In this document: piece after piece, positions 11,488 to 26,252 of the stretch | Position numbering within the stretch: the first letter of the stretch is position 1 | Layout: each line of letters opens with the position of its first letter | Source of the DNA: Octopus vulgaris | Taxonomy: Eukaryota | Length of the DNA: 64,000 nucleotides | Direction: 5' to 3' | Assembly (NCBI GenBank): GCA_951406725.2 | Contig: OX597830.1 | Span: 62,992,001 to 63,056,000, forward strand | Notes under the pieces: model-generated | Seen by the model: the letters and a program-made list of their open reading frames with translations, nothing else | What the model was told of the DNA's origin: nothing | Databases searched by the model: none | Program-made: the position numbers and the translations under genes

Positions 11488-14049
11488 ATTTATATATATT
11501 TAAATATTTAGCTTAAGAATGTGTTAGAATTCAATATATATATATGTGCTTATTCTAGCCTATAACAGAAACAGCTGTTAGGAAATTAAGTTCATGACGT
11601 AATTACCTGTTCCTCTGTCATTTCTTTAATTATATCTGTAAGCGTCACATAGCAGTAATATATTATAATATTTACTGTTGCCTCTGCCTTGCTTTGTGTT
11701 TGCCACCCTCTGACCTGTTGGCATTCATGTAAATTTTATGCTGACTACAGTAAGTCAACCATTTCATCATTAGTAAAAATCCCAATAAGCCATTGTTATT
11801 CCAGGACAAGGAAGCGTATTATGGGATGTAGTGACAATAATTTTCCCAGCTGTGTATCAATTAGTCAAAGGTTTTTCTGTTTTTGTAGCTTAGTTCTCTT
11901 TGTATTGTCACATGATTATTCAAATATGGTTACAAAATAAACTCAGTTGCTTCCACGTACTTCAGAACTGGGTTATTTTTATATGACACCAACTGATAGA
12001 TCAGGTGACTAAGTAGTCCACTGATCTTGCCAGTGTTTTACCTGTGGTTAATTAATTGTTATTGATAGTAACAGTGGAGGAATTGCCTCCTTTGATTTGA
12101 GGACTTTTCCATATCCTTCTTCTTTTAAACACCACCAGTGGCCAAGTACCCACTTCTTGTGCTAACTCCCCCCCCCGTCTCTTCCTTCCAACAGTCACAG
12201 AAATCCTGAACGATGGTCATAGATGTACTCCCTCTCCTCCTCTAAGTCATTAATATATACAACCCTTGGCTAACCAATGCCTTGTAAGTGGATTTAGTAG
12301 ATGGAAACTGAGTGGAAGCCCATATATATATATACACACATTTACACATATATGTATGTGTGTGTGTGTGTATCTGTGTTTGACACCACCATTGCTTGAT
12401 GACGAGCGTTGGTTTGTTTATGTCCCCATAACTGGTGATGATTTGTTTGACTAAAAATCCTTCCGGGTGGTGCCCCATCATGGCCATAGTCCAATGACAG
12501 AAATTAGTAAAAAAATAAAAATGTATATTTATATATATATTTATATGTATAATGTATGTTTTATTCTTTTATTCCTTTACTTGTTTCAGTCATTAGACTG
12601 CAGCCATGGGAGGGAGGATTGGGTATAGGGGTCACTGCTGGGTTAGGGGTGCTGTTGATGAAAGGAGGAGAGATGAGTGAAGTGAGTGGAAGAGGGGAGG
12701 AATGAGACCAGCCTATTTTGAGGAGCAGATGCCACTGTAGTAGTGGTAGAAAAGGCGGAGAGTGAGAGAGAGAGAGAGAAGGCACAGTACATCTGTTGTG
12801 CCCACAGATCCATTTCTTCAGAGGCTAACCTGAGTAGGAACATGGAAACATACATTAAACAATGAAGCCCTAGATGCTCTATGTTGGGAAAAATACCGCA
12901 GGTTAGTCATGGCTGGAATGTCTTTGACAACAGGTTTGCTAGATCCAAACAGACCTAGGGTTAAACACTTTCTACAGAGTTACAGGGGTAGTCTTTAAAC
13001 AGATGGCAATATACGTCCACTGGGGTATGTTAGGGTATAACACTGAATGAAAGACTGCTGCTTAATCTCTTGTAAAACTAACATCTTTTTTTAATTAATG
13101 GTTAATTAGAACTACACTAATATATGATTCATCATTATATGAACTAATTAGACCACATTAATTAGCTTGGGGTTTATTGCTACTGAACTAATAATGTTCT
13201 GTGAATGTAATTATTATATTATGTTATATAATATAATAATTATAAAATATTGTTTAATGACATAATAATTATATAATGAACTCTAATGTACTTATATAAT
13301 GAAGTTTTCATCATCTCTATCATTATTTAAACTGAAAGAAGTCTGGTGTGTGTGTGTGTATGTGTGTGAAGTTTTTTTTAAACTGAAGCTGAGAGTTTGC
13401 CTTGTGGCTCAAGTTTCATGTGACTGCAATCTTCAGGTGAAATTCCACTTTTCCATATCATCATCATCATCATCATCATCATTTAACATCTACTCTTCTA
13501 CTGCCTCCGTTGAGGCAGGTTTATCTATTGCTGGATGCTCTTCCTGTCTCTAACCCTCCAAGCAAGGTAATAATCACTCCCACCCCACCCCCGCCACCTC
13601 ACTCAGTCTATCAAACAACAAACAGTCCAGTAAACTGGAAGCAAGTGATCGAGCCTTTTGATTACAAAGATTACATAACATGTCAAAAAGACCCCAGACA
13701 TGTTTTTGTTATTCCACTGAATGCAGAGAACATCGCCGTTGCCAACAGCAACACAGTTCACAGTCAGTGAACACACACGAGGATGGGGCGAGGGGGTGGA
13801 GAATGTAGACTCACTCACGCAAGCACCCACCCACACACACATGCATATTTTTAGTTTTTACTGGCTTCAGTCATTGGATGGCAGCCATGCTGGGACACCA
13901 CCCCTGAAGAGTTTTAGTCAAGCAAATCAACTCCAGTACTTATTTTCTTTAAGTCTGGTTCTTATTCAATTTGGTTCAGCACCTGTTGTCGAGTGGTGGT
14001 GTGGGGAGAGGGAACAAGTACAAATAGAAAGACACACACACACTTCATT

Positions 14050-14300
14050 ATCATCATCATCGTTTAGCGTCCGCTTTCCATGCTGGCATGGGTTGGACGG
14101 TTCAACTGGGGTCTGGGAAGCCAGAAGGCTGCACCAGGCCCAGTCTGATCTGGCAATGTTTCTACGGCTGGATGCCCTTCCTAACGCCAACCACTCCATA
14201 AGTGTAGTGGGTGCTTTTTACGTGCCACCGGCACAGGTGCCAGGCGAGGCTGGCAAACGGCCACGATCGGATGGTGCTTTTTATGTGCCACCGACACGGG
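14050..14300 (-). mobile_element. RTE-tail repeat (SINE or LINE 3' UTR) with (ATC)n tail
   Basis: catcatcgtttagcgtccgctttccatgctggcatggg...; matches the 3' end of the RTE element at 27250-27688; further copies near 29590-29895, 30606-30770, 35635-35785, 36040-36345, 48915-49200. Confidence 0.8.
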
Positions 14301-14504
14301 ACGTAATAAATAAAAGGGTTTCTATAGAATTTCCCATGTATCAAATCGCTCACAAGACATTGGTCAGCCTATGGCTAAAATAAAGTAGAAAACACTTGCC
14401 TAAGGTACTTGCACAGTGGGACTGAACCCTAAGCCTTGTGGTTGCAAAGCAAGCTTCTCAGACCACACAGCCATGAGCTATAACAGGCTTCATCACATTT
14501 TCAT

Positions 14505-15015
14505 TTAAATCACTTTATACTGGATAACCAAGTGATGTAAATGAATATTTCATCAAAGTTCCATATTAATTTATGTTCCAAACACCAGGTTAATAAGGAC
14601 AAAGTTATTTCGGTTAATTCTTCATTATTTTCAAAATTAATTGAAAGAAAAGTAGTGTATTTTATTATAAATATGGTAACAAAAGAGCTAAAGTGATCTA
14701 CATTAAAAAACTTCCTTCCAAATTCCATGTTAATTTATGTTTCAAATATCAGCTTAATAACTTTAGAATTATTTCAATAAATTCTTTGTTATTTTTGAAA
14801 TTAGCTGAAAGAAAGTCGGTGTATTTTAATAGAATACAGTAACAAAAGATTTGAGATAGACTTGAGCTGAACTAAAAACCTTCCATCAAAATTCCATGCT
14901 AATTTATGTTCTAAATACCAGCTTAATAATGACAAAAATATTTCAATAAATTTTCAAAATTAATTGAACCAAAAGCAGTGTATTTTCAGCAGAAACATTG
15001 TAACAAACCAGTTAA
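14505..15015. mobile_element. Cluster of degenerate family-A MITE copies
   Basis: Three partial direct copies of aattccatgttaatttatgttccaaacaccagcttaataa...gtaacaaaag; similar cluster at about 62460-62915. Confidence 0.65.
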
Positions 15016-15444
15016 TGATCTTTATAAAACTAAAATGCATTGTTTAGTCAGGTTTTCTGCTTCCAACTTGTGAAATAAATCTCTTCATTCTGATAACGAC
15101 TGTTTATTTTTAGGGAAATAACAGTTGGCTTTCACTGTTTGTTTCCATGATTTATCAAACTAGTTCTATTCATATTGATTTTTTTCTCATGAACCAAATA
15201 CTAAAACTTTGCTGACCTCAAGCCAAAAAAGGGAGCCTCTACGTAGTCATTTGGTATGCTAGAAATAATAACCAAATTTGTTTTGAATCACCTCCTACTG
15301 TCTTTGACAAAAAATAAAGGAGGAAATGAAGACCACGGCACTGCTGGACTTTGAACCAGCTGTGTTGTGAGACATAAATAAAGATTACAAATACATTTCA
15401 TCTAACACAACACCATTTCTATCACCCCCCGGGAACTCCAAAGC

Positions 15445-15683
15445 TAGTGATTCGCAACCATTTTTTGCCTATGGTCTCCTTTTTGATTCCTATTCTACTT
15501 AGGTGGACCATCATAGCTATTTGATGTTTAAAAAATTCCCATTACATTTTTATAATTAAATATTGTTACGAATTGTACAAAAAAATTGTTAAAATATTTT
15601 GTGTATTGTTAGAAGTATAGCCAATTTATTGCACATGAACTGTAACAACAAAATCTTATATGGACCCCTGTTGAGAACCGATG
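15445..15683. mobile_element. hAT-like MITE (cagtggttctcaac-type ends)
   Basis: tagtgattcgcaac...gttgagaaccgatg; related copies at about 21218-21443, 29447-29985 (interrupted) and 35190-35408. Confidence 0.7.
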
Positions 15684-15691
15684 CTCTAAGC

Positions 15692-15870
15692 CAGGGCTGG
15701 CCAAATCTGTGGCCTGTGGCCCACAGACTTTTATCTTGCAGCCCACTTGATGCTTTCTTGAAGTATTGTTAATTTCAAAATAAAATTGTTTGTGTGAAAC
15801 ATTTGTCTCAAAATAAAGAACTTTCTGTGATTAAAGTGGCCCACAATGTAATTTGAGTTGGCCAAGCCTG
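15692..15870. mobile_element. hAT MITE with perfect 8-bp target-site duplication
   Basis: TIRs cagggctggccaa / ttggccaagcctg; CTCTAAGC at 15684-15691 and 15871-15878. Confidence 0.88.
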
Positions 15871-17229
15871 CTCTAAGCAGTCATTTGATCTGCTAGAAAC
15901 AACAACCAAATTTATCTCAAAACACCTCCTATTGTCTTTACCAAAAATAGAAATAGGAAGGACACATGCACTGCTGGATTTTGAACCAGAAATGTGGGAC
16001 ACAAATAAACATTGTAAATGCATTTCATCCGGCACAATACCATTCCTCTCTCCATACATGCACACACACACACGCAGTGGTTATCTCCTCAGCACTTGTG
16101 GTTAGTCCGGTGGAGGAAATGCTAGATTCAAAAGGTGTTTCTAATGAAAAAGTTTTTATTGCATTTCTGCGATTCACATCAGATTATTTATCTATTTTAA
16201 AACAAGGTCTACCTGTTGTTGTTGTTTTGTGTGTGTGTGTGTAGTTTAATCAATACAAGATGGCTATCGACCAAGATCAATATTTCTCTCAAACCTCCCC
16301 CACTAACCCTTACCTACAACCCCCTTTACATGACAGCAGCAACATTTGAAGGTTATCTGAAGCAGCTTTTGGTTTTACTCATGCTAAAATTAAGGTCATT
16401 CCACTTCGTTTCAGTCTATTTTGAGATCTTTCTGCCAAAGTTAGCTGCTGTTGTTCTTGCTTTTGTTGTTGTTGTTGTTGTTGTTGTTTGTTTTTTTTTG
16501 TTTTGTTTTTTGTCTATGATTCATTAAAAGTAATTTTACGTTGCCTCAGTTTCACAAAGCTGTCAGAAATAAGTACCAGCCAAGCTGTTCTCTAGAAACT
16601 TCCTTTCCTAGATAAACATAGACTTACAGTCCCAGTCCAGTTACAAGTTTATCTGCTCAGCCAATCTGTTCATTCATTTATCTTTTTAATCTGAATGATA
16701 AGGTTTTCTTTTGTTTTACGTAAGCTTTTTATTTGAATCTTTGAAGATTTATTGTAATTTACCTCAATTCATTTAGCTGTGAAATGCTGGGAGAAAGTTC
16801 ACTAAAGTAGCCTAGCAACATATCCCATGGCAGATAACTACCACTTGTCTATTTAAAACTATGGAACCCAGAGTTAGTCATTGAACCCGCCTCCACATCT
16901 GCCACCCATATATTCTTCTGGTTTGTGGGAGCATTAACTTGTCTAAGGCATCAAATGTAAAATAGGACCCACTCTCTTTAAATATGTTTTGTGGGTGGGA
17001 TTTCTTAGATTAGAGAGTTGAAGACATGGCCACAATTTGTCTGTGAACAACATTATTGGCCCATCAAAGTATCTTAAAGATGTGTGGTAAAAAGCTTGCT
17101 TCCCAACAACATGGTTCCGGGTTCAGTTCCACTGCATGGCGCCTTGGGCAAATGCCTTCTACCACAGCCTCGGGCTGACCAAAGCCTTGTGAGTAGATTT
17201 GGTAGACTGAAACTGAAAGAAGCCTGTTG

Positions 17230-17957
<728 letters not shown>

Positions 17958-19105
17958 CTTGTAAATTGTTGAAGGATTAACATTTGAAAAGATAAGGTGA
18001 CTCTAAGATGGATTAACTTATCAATGTGGATTTGGTTCTTTTTGTAGATGCTTTGTGGGCAGTTTGATAAACTCGGTGGTAGATAAATCTGATCAGATGA
18101 ACTTTACGGTGGAAAAAACAAAAACCTCCCCATTGTTGCTTTATTTATCTCCATATCATCTTTATTTGGTTTGGTAGTCCTTCTCTCAACTGCTGTTAGA
18201 TACCAATGCAGAGCTATTAGCATTTATTTATTTTACTCCTAGTGATTATATAACGAACAATGAGCTTATACTGACGAGTGACTTTCATTAACGAATAACT
18301 CTGTACACACATCGTTATATAATCACTTGATATTACACAAAGTGTCTCTGTATTAGTAGGTAGGTGGGCAATATAAATGTAATAAAAGATAGACTGGAAT
18401 TGGAATCATTGAGAGAATTTGCTTTGTCTTGACCTGCTAGAAGTAGCAGTCATGTTTCAAATTACATCTAGCATACCATATTTCTAAAGGGTGGGAACAT
18501 TGGATAATGCAGTGTAAGACAAACTGCATGGAAAGATGGATTAGTTATGGCTAGAATATTCTGCGATATTCACCAACACAGCCTAATGATTAAACAAGGC
18601 AATTAGGCTTTGGTTTTATCCAAAGATAATTGGAATACTGTTGCTTGAACAGGAAACTTGAGTTGTTGTCAGGCACCATCTGTGTTTTTGCATATATAAA
18701 GTCAAAATGTGTGTGTGTATAAGAAAAGCAGTGAATTGGTAGACCTTACAAGCACTGGATAGAATGCCTTGTGGCAAGTTCAACTCCCATTTCATTCGTT
18801 CAAGGTCAATAATAAGTAAAAGTACCAATGATGACAGATTGCCTGGATTGTTAGGGTGTTCTGAGATGAAATGTTTTGGAGTATCTATTCTAGTTCTTTG
18901 CATTCTGGGATTGAATTCTTCACCACACTGGTATCTCATCAGTGGTAAAAGTTACTGTGGAACACTTGTATTAAGTCCTCCAGAACAGAGAGAGACTGCC
19001 TTTGGAATTCCAATGAGCACAAAAACTAATATGGCAAAAGTTCTTAAAGAATACTGTATATATATATGTGTGTGTATATATATATATGTGTGTGTGTGTG
19101 TGTAT

Positions 19106-19144
<39 letters not shown>

Positions 19145-20126
19145 CAGTACTGTGCAAATGTCTTCAGCCACTTAAAACTATTGTAAATATCTACTTACTG
19201 CCAATTTACAAGTGCGTGTTTTGCATTTACAGATGAAACATTGGCCCTGTTAGAGTCATTTCCATACCTAATCATTATATTTTGTAGTAGGGGTTCTGAA
19301 TGAGAGGGGAAGATGTGAGACAACCACCAAAAATGGCCGTGCAAAAGTTTTTGGTCACCTCACATAAACCAATCAAAATACAGTGTTTTAAAACAGAAAA
19401 TTGTCTATAATGAAAATTTATTACACAATGTTCATTTCAAGAAGCTATTGTACATTGTTAATATTTCATGTAATTCCCTTAGCTTGAATAATTGCTTCAA
19501 TACACCTGGGAAGAGATGCATACAAATCCTTCACCATCATCACAGGTATGAGATGCCATTCTCTGTGACTGAACTCGCACAACTCTTCACGATTGCATGG
19601 ATTCTTCTGACGGAACTCTTCTCTTTAGTTCTGTTCACATTTGCTCAATGATATTTAAGTCAGGGTTCTGAGCTGGGCAATCTTTCAATACTGTAACACC
19701 GTCATCAGCCAGACTCTGCTGTGTTGCAATGCGATCTGTGGCGTGGAACTCCGTCAGCTGGAAAGTCTCTCCTTCATCCAAGTCTGCTATCAAATTGTCC
19801 TTCAGTAACTGGGTGTATTTGGCACTATTCAAGTTACCATCAATTTTAACCAACTTTCTTGAACCATCACTTTTTATGTATCCCCAAAGCATCAGACTCT
19901 TACCTCCAAACTTCACTGTTTTTGTTGTGTAATGTGGATCATTTCGCTTTCTAATAAGTGAGAATTTGTGAGAAGGCCTCCAGGAAAGCAAAACAACCCA
20001 CATTACATGACAACAAGGCCAATGTTTCATCTGTGAAAAACACAATGCAAAACATCCACTTATAAGTTGGCAATTAGTAGAAATTTACAATAGTTTAAAC
20101 TAGCCGAAGACTTTTGGATGTTACTG
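19145..20126 (-). mobile_element. Internally deleted Tc1-family DNA transposon
   Basis: TA-flanked inverted termini (cagtactgtgcaaatgtcttcagc... / ...gccgaagacttttggatgttactg); minus-strand transposase TVKFGGKSLMLWG...GNLNSAKY...PAQNPDLNIIEQ. Confidence 0.92.
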
Positions 20127-21820
20127 TATATATACATATATATAGTATATATATAGTATCAATGGCACATAAAATATACCCAATACAGTCTGTTAAGTGG
20201 TTGACATTAGGAAGGGCATCCAGCCATAGAAAACTTTCCACAACAGACAACTGGAGTTTGCTGTTATGCAATGAAATATGGTGACTAACACCATATCATA
20301 GTATCAACCAGACCATCAGATGTTGTTATACACTGTTGACCCCATTTCCTCACATTGTTTTAGCTTTTAAGATGACTCCACTCCACTGGCTTGATTGATA
20401 GGCCCTTTTTCATCTCTTTAGTTCAGCTAGCTTCCAACTTAGAGCAAATGGACTATGTGCTTGGTTCAGTGAGGCAGTCCTCCTTTAGGGTCAGTTGTCC
20501 GGTACCTTTGTAGCTCATTTGGACCTGCCAGGGCATACGCTCCTGCTACTGTAGCTACTGACCAACCATTACCCCTGTTGTACCACTATGAAGCACTGAC
20601 GTAAGAATTTGCAGCAGATAGGTGAGTGTGTGTGTGTGTCTGATGTGAGCCTCCATCATTCAATGATGGAGAGTAAGTTAATTAATTAACTGATTTACTT
20701 GCTCCTGAATTAACGTGTCAGTGACTGAGGCATTCCACACCCACATGTACCCTTAATATAAGTCTCAGGTGCACACATGCGTGTGTGTGTGTGTGTGCAT
20801 GCATGTATTGTGAGTGAGAGAGAGGGAGAAAGCAGTATCTGTGAACAATTGTTTGTTGCCAGAATTATTTTACCTGTCTGTACAGGTAGTCAAATTGATT
20901 AGATAACATCACCCTCCTTTCTCTTTACTAATTCTGATTAGATTTGTTCAATATCTATATGTCTGTTCTTGATAGAATTTCATAGATCTATTCCCATGCA
21001 TTTTCCATAATACTGATCCACTCCACTCCACTAATCCCTGGCTTTAGCAGAAATTCGCCTAGTTTCTAACAGTTTGCCTCCCTTTAAGGTACTTGTAAAC
21101 ACTCCATTTGAAATATTCTAAAGTTTGCCTCCTGACAAGGTACTCTAAAATCGCTTACCTTCTAGTGAGGTACTCTAAGAAGTTTACCTCCTGATTGATC
21201 AGGTTTCGGTGATGAATGAATGGTTCTCAACCATTTTTTGCCTTAGGGACCCCTTTCATTCCTATTTTCCTCGACTGGACCTCCATGTTTTAAAAAATTG
21301 TTTTATATTTTTATAATTAAATATTAAAGGAATTGTATTCAAGAAATTGTGAAAATAATTTGTGTATTTTTGAAATAGGACCAATTTATTACATGCAAAC
21401 TTTAACAACAAAACATTATATGGGCCCCAGTTGAGAATCACTGTATTAGGGTTTAGAGTACCTTAACAGGAGGTAAAGGGTGCACCAAAATCTGACCGGT
21501 TGTTTATTTCCTTTACATCCTCCTTCTCCCCTATTTCTTTTCTCCTTTCTCTTTCCTCTCTCTCCCACTTCTTTCTCTCAACCAATTCCTTGGTTATTTA
21601 GGGAGAGGAGTGGGAGTCATTGTTGGGGTTTCTCAATAGTATTTACCTCTGTTCTTAGGATCAATTCCGACATGTTGTACACCCACCCAACCTCTCTCAC
21701 CTCCCCCTCTTTCTTTCTCTAGTTATTTTGTAAACTCTCCTCCCCCCTACTCCCTTCTCCTTCTCCGTATTCTTCCGACTATGGAGTATGAATTCAGGGT
21801 AGCAATTGTTTCCATTTCAG

Positions 21821-21941
21821 GGTGTCATAGAACTGAAGGACTCTCATGGCATTGACAGCAACACTGAGACTCGCATCCAGTACTTCTTGGACCGGTTCTA
21901 CATGAGCAGGATCAGTATAAGAATGCTTATCAACCAACACA
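21821..21941 (+). CDS. PDK: PDK internal exon ([40 protein letters not shown])
   Basis: catttcAG acceptor, GTgagt donor; [15 protein letters not shown] motif; in frame with both neighbours. Confidence 0.97.
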
Positions 21942-21984
21942 GTGAGTAAACCTCAGGCACCACATGGCTGATACATGCATACAC

Positions 21985-22016
<32 letters not shown>

Positions 22017-22495
22017 ACTCTCTCTCACCCACATACATACACTCCTGCATGCATCCATACACACACTCTCTCTCTCCTCTCTTATCACCATTTTCACATC
22101 AACCTTTTCGCGCTTGAATGGGTCACACAAGATTCATTGGAGCAGATTTTCTATGGCTGGATGCCCTTCCTGTCACCAACCCTCAACTGTTTCCAGGTAA
22201 GGTAGTATTTCTCCATGGCCAGACTTGTTTTCATCAGAGACTGGAAACAAAGGACACTGCTTGTATGACAGTGTCCTTTGTTTACAAACATACATACACA
22301 CACGTGCACACATACACACACACATGCACACATACACACACACATGCACACATACACACATACATGCACACAAACAAAAGTGTGGATATGTGTTTGACTA
22401 TGTATATTTATTTATTTATACATGTGTGTGTATGTGTGCGATCATGCAAAAGTGTATGTATATATGTATATGTGTATATGTTATGTGTATGTATA

Positions 22496-22870
22496 GGCAC
22501 AGGAGTGGCTGTGTGGTAAGTAGCTTGCTAACCAACCACATGGTGGCATCTTGGGCAAGTGTCTTCTGCTATAGCCCCGGGCCGACCAATGCCTTGTGAG
22601 TGGATTTGGTAGACGGAAACTGATAGAAGCCCGTCGTATATATGTATATATATATATATGTGTGTGTCTGTGTTTGTCCACCTAGCATTGCTTGACAACC
22701 GATGCTGGTGTGTTTACGTCCCCGTCACTTAGCGGTTCGGCAAAAGATACCGATAGAATAAGTACTGGGCTTACAAAGAATAAGTCCCGGGGTCGATTTG
22801 CTCGACTAAAAGGCGGTGCTCCAGCATGGCCGCAGTCAAATGACTGAAACAAGTAAAAGAGAGTAAAGAG
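22496..22870 (+). mobile_element. tRNA-derived SINE, family 1
   Basis: Near-identical to the copy at 54448-54856, with a short deletion in the B-box region. Confidence 0.9.
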
Positions 22871-23029
22871 TTTATATGTGAGTACATCTGTGTTTGCTCT
22901 TATATGTGTGTGTGTGTGTGTAATTTCCCTCATTTTTCTTTTTTCTTTCTGTAAATTAGTCTTCCTAAACTTTTGTTCCTTAGATGCCGTATCAGACTAA
23001 TGTTTTATATTCGTACATACACATGTATG

Positions 23030-23066
<37 letters not shown>

Positions 23067-23095
23067 GTCCCTTCAAGCATCTGTTTTACTTTCAG

Positions 23096-23182
23096 CTCTC
23101 CTGTTTGGCTCCCAACTTGCCCAGAATAATCGTCACATTGGTTGCATTGACCCCAACTGTGCAGTTTTAGATGTTGTCAAAG
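23096..23182 (+). CDS. PDK: PDK internal exon (TLLFGSQLAQNNRHIGCIDPNCAVLDVVK)
   Basis: ctttcAG acceptor, GTgagt donor; HIGxIDPNC motif. Confidence 0.96.
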
Positions 23183-23249
23183 GTGAGTTAACATGGCTCT
23201 TTCTTCTGGCTCACTTTCAATATCATCATCGTCATCATCGCCATCGTAG

Positions 23250-23620
23250 TTGAAATTGTGCAGAAGTGTCGTAAGTCCACTTTGCCTTTCACCCTTTCGG
23301 GCTCAATGAAATTAGTACCAGTTATGCACTAGGGTCCATGTTATTGATTTACCCCTCCTCTGAAGTTGCTAGCCTTGTACCAGAATGTGAAATTGTTATT
23401 AAGGTGGTGAACTGGCAGAATTGTTGGCAGGCTGGGCAAAATGCTTAGTGGTATTTCGTCTGTCTTTACATTCTGAGTTCAAATCCCACCAAAGATCACT
23501 TTGCCTTTCATCCTTTCGGGGGTTAATAAAATAAGTACCAGTTGAAAACTGGGGTCGATTTAATTGACTCAGCCCCTCTCCCAAACTTACTGGCCTTGTG
23601 CTAAGATTTGAAATCAATAT
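23250..23620 (+). mobile_element. Two tandem SINE family-2 copies (Nin/Deu-like core)
   Basis: gagttcaaatcc B box followed by ctttgcctttcatcctttcgggg..aataaaataagtaccagttg core; same family at 42072-42800, 52945-53175 (-), 63120-63580 (-). Confidence 0.8.
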
Positions 23621-23665
23621 GTGTAACACTGTTTTTATTTTTCCCTCATTTTTTTTCTCTTGTAG

Positions 23666-23749
23666 ATTCCTATGAGAATGCCAAGTTCCTCTGTGACCAG
23701 TATTATCTCAATGCTCCAGAAGTGGAAATCAAGACACATAATGCCACAG
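23666..23749 (+). CDS. PDK: PDK internal exon (DSYENAKFLCDQYYLNAPEVEIKTHNAT)
   Basis: ctcttgtAG acceptor, GTaagt donor; AKxLCDxYY motif. Confidence 0.96.
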
Positions 23750-24791
23750 GTAAGTTTGTGTGTGTGTGTGTGTGTGTTCGGGATGCTCTTCCAGTTGGTA
23801 ACCAGCTTGCACCTGTTTCCACTGAAGATTGGGAATGAACGGCACCATTTTTATGACAGTGGCACTCATTTACAGCTATCACACAATGTTAAAGCAAGGA
23901 TACAGTAACACACACATACATATCTATACATTCATGCATATGTGACAGGCTTCTTTCAGTTTCCATCTACCGGATCCACCCACAAGGCTTTGGGAAACCC
24001 AGGGCTATAGAAAAAAAGGTACTTGTTTAAAGTGTCACACTGTGGAACTGAAACCAAAACCTTATGGTTGGGAAGCAAACTTCTTAACCATATACCCACA
24101 TCTGCAGACATATGTATGTGCGAGTGTGTGTGTATATACATGCATGTGCCTGTCTGTTTACATTTACACCCCACCGCCAATCATCATTGTGCTGCAACTG
24201 GTGTTTTCATTTCTTTTGTCAGCAATTCATCTCCTGGCTTTGCTCCTTTGAAGTCTTGTGGAATAAGAGATCCCATTCTTGAAAAACAAATTTGGGTTAG
24301 TGGCAAGGAGGGCACCCAGCTGTATTACAATGCTTCAGCAATATATCTATCTAACCTATGCTGGCATGGAAAAACATAAGTAAAACAAATTCTGTAGTCT
24401 CTGTCATAACTAGAGACAATCCAGTGAACCTTCAGCTGGTTGGCCAACACTCTCTTGACTCCTCCTGTTGAATACTCCTGGATACTGGGTGCAGCAAAAA
24501 TTAATCCCAGATTCACCTTAGTTGATAAACATTTCAACATCAAACACACAGTATGCACTGCTCCAAATTATGGTCATAATGGGGGAAAAAAATAGTAAGA
24601 TATTAGCTACAGGAAGACACCATTATCATTTGACTATCTTCACTAGCGCCACATCAATCACTGTGCAGAATTTGGGAGGTTTTTCTGCCACACTTTGTAA
24701 AAGAATTTTAAAATGTACCCTTTCTCATCAAACTCTTTTGTGCCAGGTAACATGATAACACACCTGTGTTTATTCCTTCTCTTTTCTCTAG

Positions 24792-24868
24792 TGCCAGACC
24801 AAAAAGAAGACATTCGTATGGTCTATGTTCCATCACATTTATATCATATTTTGTTTGAACTCTTCAAA
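24792..24868 (+). CDS. PDK: PDK internal exon (VPDQKEDIRMVYVPSHLYHILFELFK)
   Basis: tttctctAG acceptor, GTaagt donor; VYVPSHLYHxLFELFK (start of N box). Confidence 0.97.
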
Positions 24869-26252
24869 GTAAGTCATTTCTGCTTTTATTATTATTCATT
24901 TATTTATTTTCAGTAATTATCAACTTAATCAATTATGAAATCATCTCCCACTCTTCTAAAAGTGAGTTTGTCAATGTAGCTCTTCTACAGCAAGAAACCT
25001 ATTCTGCTCTGGCCATTTCTCTCATATCTTACCATTCTCTATTCTTTATCCTCCTAGCATGAAGCTGTCCCCAATTCCCTAAAGGCTGTACTCTTGCTAG
25101 TTGCCTGGCAACTTCACTAGTGCTGGAGGCATGAAAAAAGCAGCCAGTACATGCAGTAAAGTGGTTGGCATTAGGAAGGGCATCCAACCATAGAAACCAT
25201 GTCAAACAAACACTGGAGAACAGTGCTTGGGCCCATTGGATTCCAGCATGGAACATGGATGTTAAATGAGGAGGAAGGCGGCAGTAGCAACAACAACGAC
25301 AATTTTGGTGTAAGACATGAAATCAGTTTGGAAAAGTGTTGGCCTTGAGACAGATGGATCCAACTTATAGCAGCAGCAAAGTAGTAAAACATATTGACAC
25401 AAACAAGAGAGCCACTACATGATAACTCGGTTTGCTAGAAATATTAGCCAAATATCCCCTCAAACTACACACTACCATCTTAAAAGGACAGTAGTTTGTG
25501 GTTTGATGGAGTATTTTGTATCTGTCTATTTCTTTTCTTTGAGTCACAGTATGATCAATTCATTTGTCTGTCTCATGTTTTGAGTCACAATATTATTGAG
25601 CATACAACAGTTTGATCTGTTCATTTCCTATAACAATTCGCTGTTAAATGTATTCTATTGTCCCCAGTTTTTAGTTTGTCTCTCATGATCCACACAAAAA
25701 CGACACCTGCTCCATCAGTTGATGCTAACAGTTGTATTGCTTACATGAGTGTACGATACACTATTGTTACTCTGTCTTCCAGAAATATCCTTCCTAACTC
25801 CCTCAAATCACACCTCGTTGTCCTTAAAACAAAGGCTACTGTGAATAATGTGGATCTCAAGTATGCTGTGCTTGAAAATGGTGGGGGTAATCTAAATAAC
25901 ATAATCTAAGATATGTATGTGTAAAAAGACGGGATGACCTCAGATGAAGCATCATGAATCATAGAATCTGCTGGATCAGGTCTTGCCTGGAAGCTAAACA
26001 ACAGCATCACTCTCCATCAGCACAACTTATCAACAAAACAAGATGTAACCAGTTTAAACTGGATATAACCAATTTAACTCTTTAGTGTTTAAACTGGTTA
26101 TATCTGGCTGAAATATTCTTCCTGCTTTATTTTCAAAGCAGCCAGAGCTGGCCTCTCGCACCTAATCTGCAATTTCAATCTAAAAATAAACATGAACAAT
26201 CATATCATCAAAATCTCAAGGTTATGAGATAATGCAGGATTAATTCAAAACA

